NCBI GenBank assembly: GCA_002794465.1
Contig: MTSL01000090.1
Location: 1-21,177, forward strand
Reading direction: 5' to 3'
From: Paramicrosporidium saccamoebae KSL3
Taxonomy: Eukaryota; Fungi; Cryptomycota
Length of the DNA stretch: 21,177 nucleotides
Below the pieces are notes generated by a model. The model was not told the DNA's origin. It searched no databases and worked only from the letters and a program-made list of their open reading frames with translations. The translations under genes were made by a program, and so were the position numbers. The first letter of the stretch is position 1. Every line of letters starts with the position of its first letter. Below are positions 16,852 through 21,177 of the stretch, one piece after another.

Positions 16852-19287
16852 ATGCGACTCAACTACAAATTCTCCAACCTCTGTGGAGTGGTGTACAAAA
16901 AGGGAAACTTGGTGTATACGACGGACGGAAGAGGACTGTACAGTGCCGTGGGACGCCGAGTGACGCATTTTGATTTAACAGAGAACACGAGCACAACGTT
17001 TCCGTTTGAGCTGCCGACAAATGTGCAACGGATTGCCGTATCGCCAGATGGGATGCTATTAGTAGCAGTGGATACAACAGGCCAAGCAGTAGTGGTGTCA
17101 ATACCCCATCGCATAGCATTGCATTATGTCAACTTTCGAACAGCAGTGACGGCAATGACGTTCAGTCCGGACGGCACAAAGTTGGCAGTGGCAACAGATG
17201 GACGAGTGCGCATATGGCGTACTCCAAGCGGACAGCGCGAGTTTGCATCATTAGTGCTGGAAAAGACAATGGGCGGTCATACAGAGGAGATTGTCAGTTT
17301 TGATTGGTCAAGCGACTCGCGTTATTTACTGACTGCATCGCATGACATGACGGCGCGTCTGTTGGATTTGCGCCGAGATGAAGAAAATCCACAGTTTGTG
17401 CCCATTGAGCTACGCGCACATCGTCATCCGCTCTGTGGAGCCTATTTTGCCCATAAAGACCAACAAGTTGTGACAGTGGCCCGAAACGGAAGTCTCTTTA
17501 TATGGAAATTTGATCCTGTCCGTGGAACAATGGAGGAGAGAATGCCCACCATTCGGCACCACCTGCTCCAAGAATCGAATGAGCAGGAAGAAAATGCCAC
17601 TGCATCTAATACGCCCTCTTTGTCTTTTCGAACCAAAGTCACGGCAGTGGATTACAACAAAGAAAACCATCTGTTGGTAGTCACCTTTAGCAATGGCGTC
17701 TTTAGCATTTTTGTCATACCGTCATGTTCCATGGCGTTTATTACTGATACTACTACATCCGCCGACATGGCCACACCCACCGCTACTACACCTATTTATA
17801 CGTTGTCCCTTACTCAGTCCAAAGTCACTTCAGTGGCCATCAATGCGACAGGCGAATGGATTGCCTTGGGGATTGCGGAACACGGACAGCTACTCGTGTG
17901 GGAGTGGCGTAGTGAATCGTTTATACTGAAACAACAGGGCCATGCATTGGCCATGACATCATTGGATTATTCGCCCGATGGACAGACCATTGTGACGGGG
18001 AGTGCCGATGGACGCGTCAAGTTATGGCACGCGTCATCGGGACTGTGCTACGCCACGTTTGCAGAACATACGGCATCAGTGACGGCGGTAGAGTTTTCTG
18101 CAAAGAGCGGCAAAATTGTCGTCAGTGCGGCCAGCGACGGCACTGTGCGCGCCTATGATATGCTGCGATATCGCAACTTTCGCACTTTTACCACTCCCAC
18201 GCCGGTGCAGTTCATGTCATTGGCCATTGATCCGAGTGGCGAAGTGGTGGCAGCCGGCACCTTTGACACCTTTGAAATCTTTTTGTGGTCCATGCAGACG
18301 GGACAATTGTTGGAGATTATCGCCGGTCACACCGCGCCCATCTCTGCCCTCTCCTTTGATCCCCTCGGCCATCGTTTAGCCTCCGCTTCTTGGGACCGCA
18401 CCGTACGACTATGGGACGTCTTCCAACGCGACAAAAATATGCAAAGTCTCGACCATTCTGCCGAAGTCACCGCCGTTACCTTCAGACCTGATGGCGCCGA
18501 GGTGGTCGCTTGCACATTGGCTGGTGAAATTGTCACGTGGGATGTTGAACTCGCCACCGTCACCGGAGTGATTGAGGCCCGAAGAGATGTGGCTGACAAG
18601 CCGCTCACATCCTGTGCCCTCAAATCAGTGTGCTACTCCCCCGATGGCACGTGGCTGTTGGTGTCGGGATCCTTTCCCTTCATTGCACTATACGATGTCG
18701 CCAACAAAGTGCTGCTGCGTCGCTATCCGTTGACAAAGATGCGGCGTGGACAGTCGGTGGAGATGAATGTTCCATCGGTGAAAATGGCTCCCACTAATCG
18801 CGCATTTGCTGCTCTCTCTCCTGACGGTTTGGTAATCCATTCGCTCGACGAACAGCTAATCTTTGATCCTTTTGATCTTGAACTTGACATTACATCCGAG
18901 AACATTCAAACTGCTTTGGTTTCGGGCGAGCATCTCAAGGCATTCATTATGGCATTGCGATTGAACATTCCAAAGGTAACCGAACACGTCATCGTCTCCA
19001 TCCCCGTCAATGTCCTGTCTCTCCTCGTCCGGGGAATACCGCAAAAGTATTTATTGTCCACATTGCATGCCCTCACTCTGCTCGCCCCCCATCGTGTGGA
19101 ATTGCTGCTGCGATGGGTCGTTGCTGTGCTCGCCGAACATACTCTGACCATAAAGTCGTTGGGACGGTGCGAGACTGTTCTTCGGGTGTTGTTGGGCAAG
19201 GTAAAGGCCGATTATGAGGTGCTGGGTCGGGTTGCGAATCAGACCATCTTCATGTTGGAGTGTCGTAGTCTAGTAGAAATTTCATAA
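16852..19287 (+). CDS. PWP2: Periodic tryptophan protein 2 (Utp1), WD40 SSU processome subunit (811 aa)
   Basis: The conserved N-terminus MRLNYKFSNLCGVVYKKGNL fixes the start at 16852. It also has LLVWEWRSESFILKQQGH, DGTVRAYDMLRYRNFRTFT, multiple WD repeats and a C-terminal FDPFDLELDIT/Utp12-like region. Confidence 0.96.
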   Translation: MRLNYKFSNLCGVVYKKGNLVYTTDGRGLYSAVGRRVTHFDLTENTSTTFPFELPTNVQRIAVSPDGMLLVAVDTTGQAVVVSIPHRIALHYVNFRTAVTAMTFSPDGTKLAVATDGRVRIWRTPSGQREFASLVLEKTMGGHTEEIVSFDWSSDSRYLLTASHDMTARLLDLRRDEENPQFVPIELRAHRHPLCGAYFAHKDQQVVTVARNGSLFIWKFDPVRGTMEERMPTIRHHLLQESNEQEENATASNTPSLSFRTKVTAVDYNKENHLLVVTFSNGVFSIFVIPSCSMAFITDTTTSADMATPTATTPIYTLSLTQSKVTSVAINATGEWIALGIAEHGQLLVWEWRSESFILKQQGHALAMTSLDYSPDGQTIVTGSADGRVKLWHASSGLCYATFAEHTASVTAVEFSAKSGKIVVSAASDGTVRAYDMLRYRNFRTFTTPTPVQFMSLAIDPSGEVVAAGTFDTFEIFLWSMQTGQLLEIIAGHTAPISALSFDPLGHRLASASWDRTVRLWDVFQRDKNMQSLDHSAEVTAVTFRPDGAEVVACTLAGEIVTWDVELATVTGVIEARRDVADKPLTSCALKSVCYSPDGTWLLVSGSFPFIALYDVANKVLLRRYPLTKMRRGQSVEMNVPSVKMAPTNRAFAALSPDGLVIHSLDEQLIFDPFDLELDITSENIQTALVSGEHLKAFIMALRLNIPKVTEHVIVSIPVNVLSLLVRGIPQKYLLSTLHALTLLAPHRVELLLRWVVAVLAEHTLTIKSLGRCETVLRVLLGKVKADYEVLGRVANQTIFMLECRSLVEIS

Positions 19288-19348
19288 ACATTACTTTCAT
19301 GCTTAATCATATTTACAGTACATTTATTGAGTGTTCCTCGTTGGGGGT

Positions 19349-21175
19349 TTAAGGGCTAGCTAACGCTTTGGCAATCACATCGAGAACTTTGTTATCGGAA
19401 TCACACGAAATACCGATCGGTCCGTATAAACTGTTCCTTTTAGCGAGTGAAATAGGAAGCGCAGATATGAAGTCGTTGGCCGTTAATGTACGCATCATAA
19501 AAATACAGATGCGATTATTGACCACTTGGATCATATGATCTATCAGTTTCCCAAAATATTGAGCTATAGGCTCGCAGCCACTTTCCTTTGTGCAGAACTC
19601 TGGCATTCCCTTATAAAAGTTGTCCACAATCACATCAAGCTCAGACACAGGAATGGCTTCAATCACCTTTTCATACGACTTATTATCATGCTCGTGAAAG
19701 AATCCCTCAACAATACTCTTGCTCTGATTCAATTTTGCCACGTAAAACTTGGATCTTAGATAATCTATAAATGGAAAATGTTTGATAAACCGTTTAGTTT
19801 TCTCTTCGTTCCAATGGTTCATAATTTTGGCTACGCCTTCCTCTGTTGTACAGCCATATACCCAAGCTAGAAAACGTTCCACAGAAACCCTATTTTGTCC
19901 TGGAATAATTTCTTTGGCCAGGTCAACATTTTTGAACATCAGGATCCGAATTCTTTGTTCGATGGGACAGCCTTGCATACCTTTGACTCTGTCAAAAATT
20001 TCCGCACTGATGGTCCCTGATCCACTCACATTATCCATTTTTACTCCCAGTGACTTGATATACGCCTTGGATGCAACCTCAGCAATACCTTTTCTTGCAT
20101 CGGGATCATTCGGTAAGTTATTTAGCAAATATGTTAGAACAACCTTATCATCCTCTCCCAGGCCAGCGGACGTACCATCAGACTTGACATAGTCTGGTGC
20201 CACACTGGCAGTTTTGGCCTTGTCTGCTGCTTCGTCGGTCCAGAATGGCTTGCCACGAAGTAGATCCTTAAAGTCCTGTGAAAGTTTGTCGTCCCAATAC
20301 GCTTTTGTTACAGCGGGTGGGGGCTTGGGTGTTGTGGCAGGCGGTTTCGCAGGTGGAGTTCCACCAGGCTTTTTGTTCGCATCACCCGCTTTTTTGTACT
20401 TTAAGATTTCTTTGATGCAAGCCTCCAATGGATTAATAATAATACCTTTAGGAGCAAGACAAACATGACTAATTGACGCTTTCGCTCCATCAAATTGTTC
20501 AGTAGGGACTCCATAACTAGTCAGCAATCCGTTCAAGAACTCCTCTGCCGCGCCAATGGTCACTCTAAACGATTCGTCCATTTTCTCCCTCAAATACTCA
20601 ACATAGTCATTAAGGTCCTTGCATCTGCCATCCGCTGCGCAGAGATAGTCTGAATCTCTCAAAAAATGTCTTACAATGGATACATATTCATTGTCAGGAA
20701 TAGCATTGGCCACTTCGAAATAATTACCATTGAGTTCCGGTATTAGTCCCACGACAAGTTGTCTTGCCACTTTTCCGTCGTTCTTGCAGTCGGCAGGGTC
20801 AAGTGACTGAAGAAGCTGCTCATAGAGTGGAAATTTCATAATCAGCTCTTTAACAAAAATTCCACAGTGTATATGTAACTCTTCCATTTTCTGCATGCTT
20901 TCTTTGGATGTAATTTGACCAACAAGAGCCCAAGTGAGGAATTTCGGAAGATCGGTGCTGGAACCTGCCAAACTCATTTGGTTGGAAAAGTGCTCGCTGT
21001 TAAACATTAAGGTGCGAATCTTCATACCCATACTCGAGAGCTTGAGGCTGCTGTCAAAATTACCAAAAGCTCCGGGGACTTTGTTGCAGAATTGATCAGT
21101 CTCAGTAAAACTCGGCGCCCCGATGCCAAGATAAAACCGAGTAACGAGCTTAAACAGCTTCTTCCTTTCGTCATC
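19349..21175 (-). CDS. Lineage-specific protein, terminal paralog R (5'-partial, >608 aa)
   Basis: The frame of ORF 19349..21031 stays open to the window end (DDERKKLFKLVTRFYLGIGAPSFTETDQFCNKVPGAFGN...). It is a paralog of 3..1823. AATAAA on the minus strand is at 19323-19328. Confidence 0.85.
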   Translation of the reverse strand, partial: DDERKKLFKLVTRFYLGIGAPSFTETDQFCNKVPGAFGNFDSSLKLSSMGMKIRTLMFNSEHFSNQMSLAGSSTDLPKFLTWALVGQITSKESMQKMEELHIHCGIFVKELIMKFPLYEQLLQSLDPADCKNDGKVARQLVVGLIPELNGNYFEVANAIPDNEYVSIVRHFLRDSDYLCAADGRCKDLNDYVEYLREKMDESFRVTIGAAEEFLNGLLTSYGVPTEQFDGAKASISHVCLAPKGIIINPLEACIKEILKYKKAGDANKKPGGTPPAKPPATTPKPPPAVTKAYWDDKLSQDFKDLLRGKPFWTDEAADKAKTASVAPDYVKSDGTSAGLGEDDKVVLTYLLNNLPNDPDARKGIAEVASKAYIKSLGVKMDNVSGSGTISAEIFDRVKGMQGCPIEQRIRILMFKNVDLAKEIIPGQNRVSVERFLAWVYGCTTEEGVAKIMNHWNEEKTKRFIKHFPFIDYLRSKFYVAKLNQSKSIVEGFFHEHDNKSYEKVIEAIPVSELDVIVDNFYKGMPEFCTKESGCEPIAQYFGKLIDHMIQVVNNRICIFMMRTLTANDFISALPISLAKRNSLYGPIGISCDSDNKVLDVIAKALASP

Positions 21176-21177
21176 GC

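Noticed and set aside
1-21177. Maverick/Polinton or DNA transposon, suggested by the size and terminal inverted repeats
   Set aside because: No integrase, polB, capsid or transposase is present. The interior is housekeeping genes and the inverted ends are coding sequence.

Overview
Eukaryotic, fungal-like DNA from a very compact genome. Introns are 30-35 nt, some intergenic gaps are tens of nt, and AATAAA sits close to most stop codons. This fits an early-diverging microsporidian or Rozellomycota parasite such as Paramicrosporidium, which is an inference and not a database result. The core block (10186-19287) holds RPL18, MLH1, LSM3 (absent from the ORF track), IDI1, a Kv-type K+ channel and PWP2. 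The accessory block (2459-9585) holds three tandem paralogs of an unknown signal-peptide family and a signal-peptide protein with a degenerate PP2C/PTC7-like fold. Two inward-pointing, 5'-truncated paralogs (about 600 aa visible each) bracket the window, and both window ends fall on the same homologous nucleotide in a near-identical stretch. The left arm (1-~2400) is a decayed inverted copy of the right ~7 kb. A 4.4-kb deletion at a 7-bp microhomology removed four housekeeping genes from it and fused the PWP2 3' end to the LSM3 3' end, while the lineage-specific gene survived and diversified. All alignments were made by eye.
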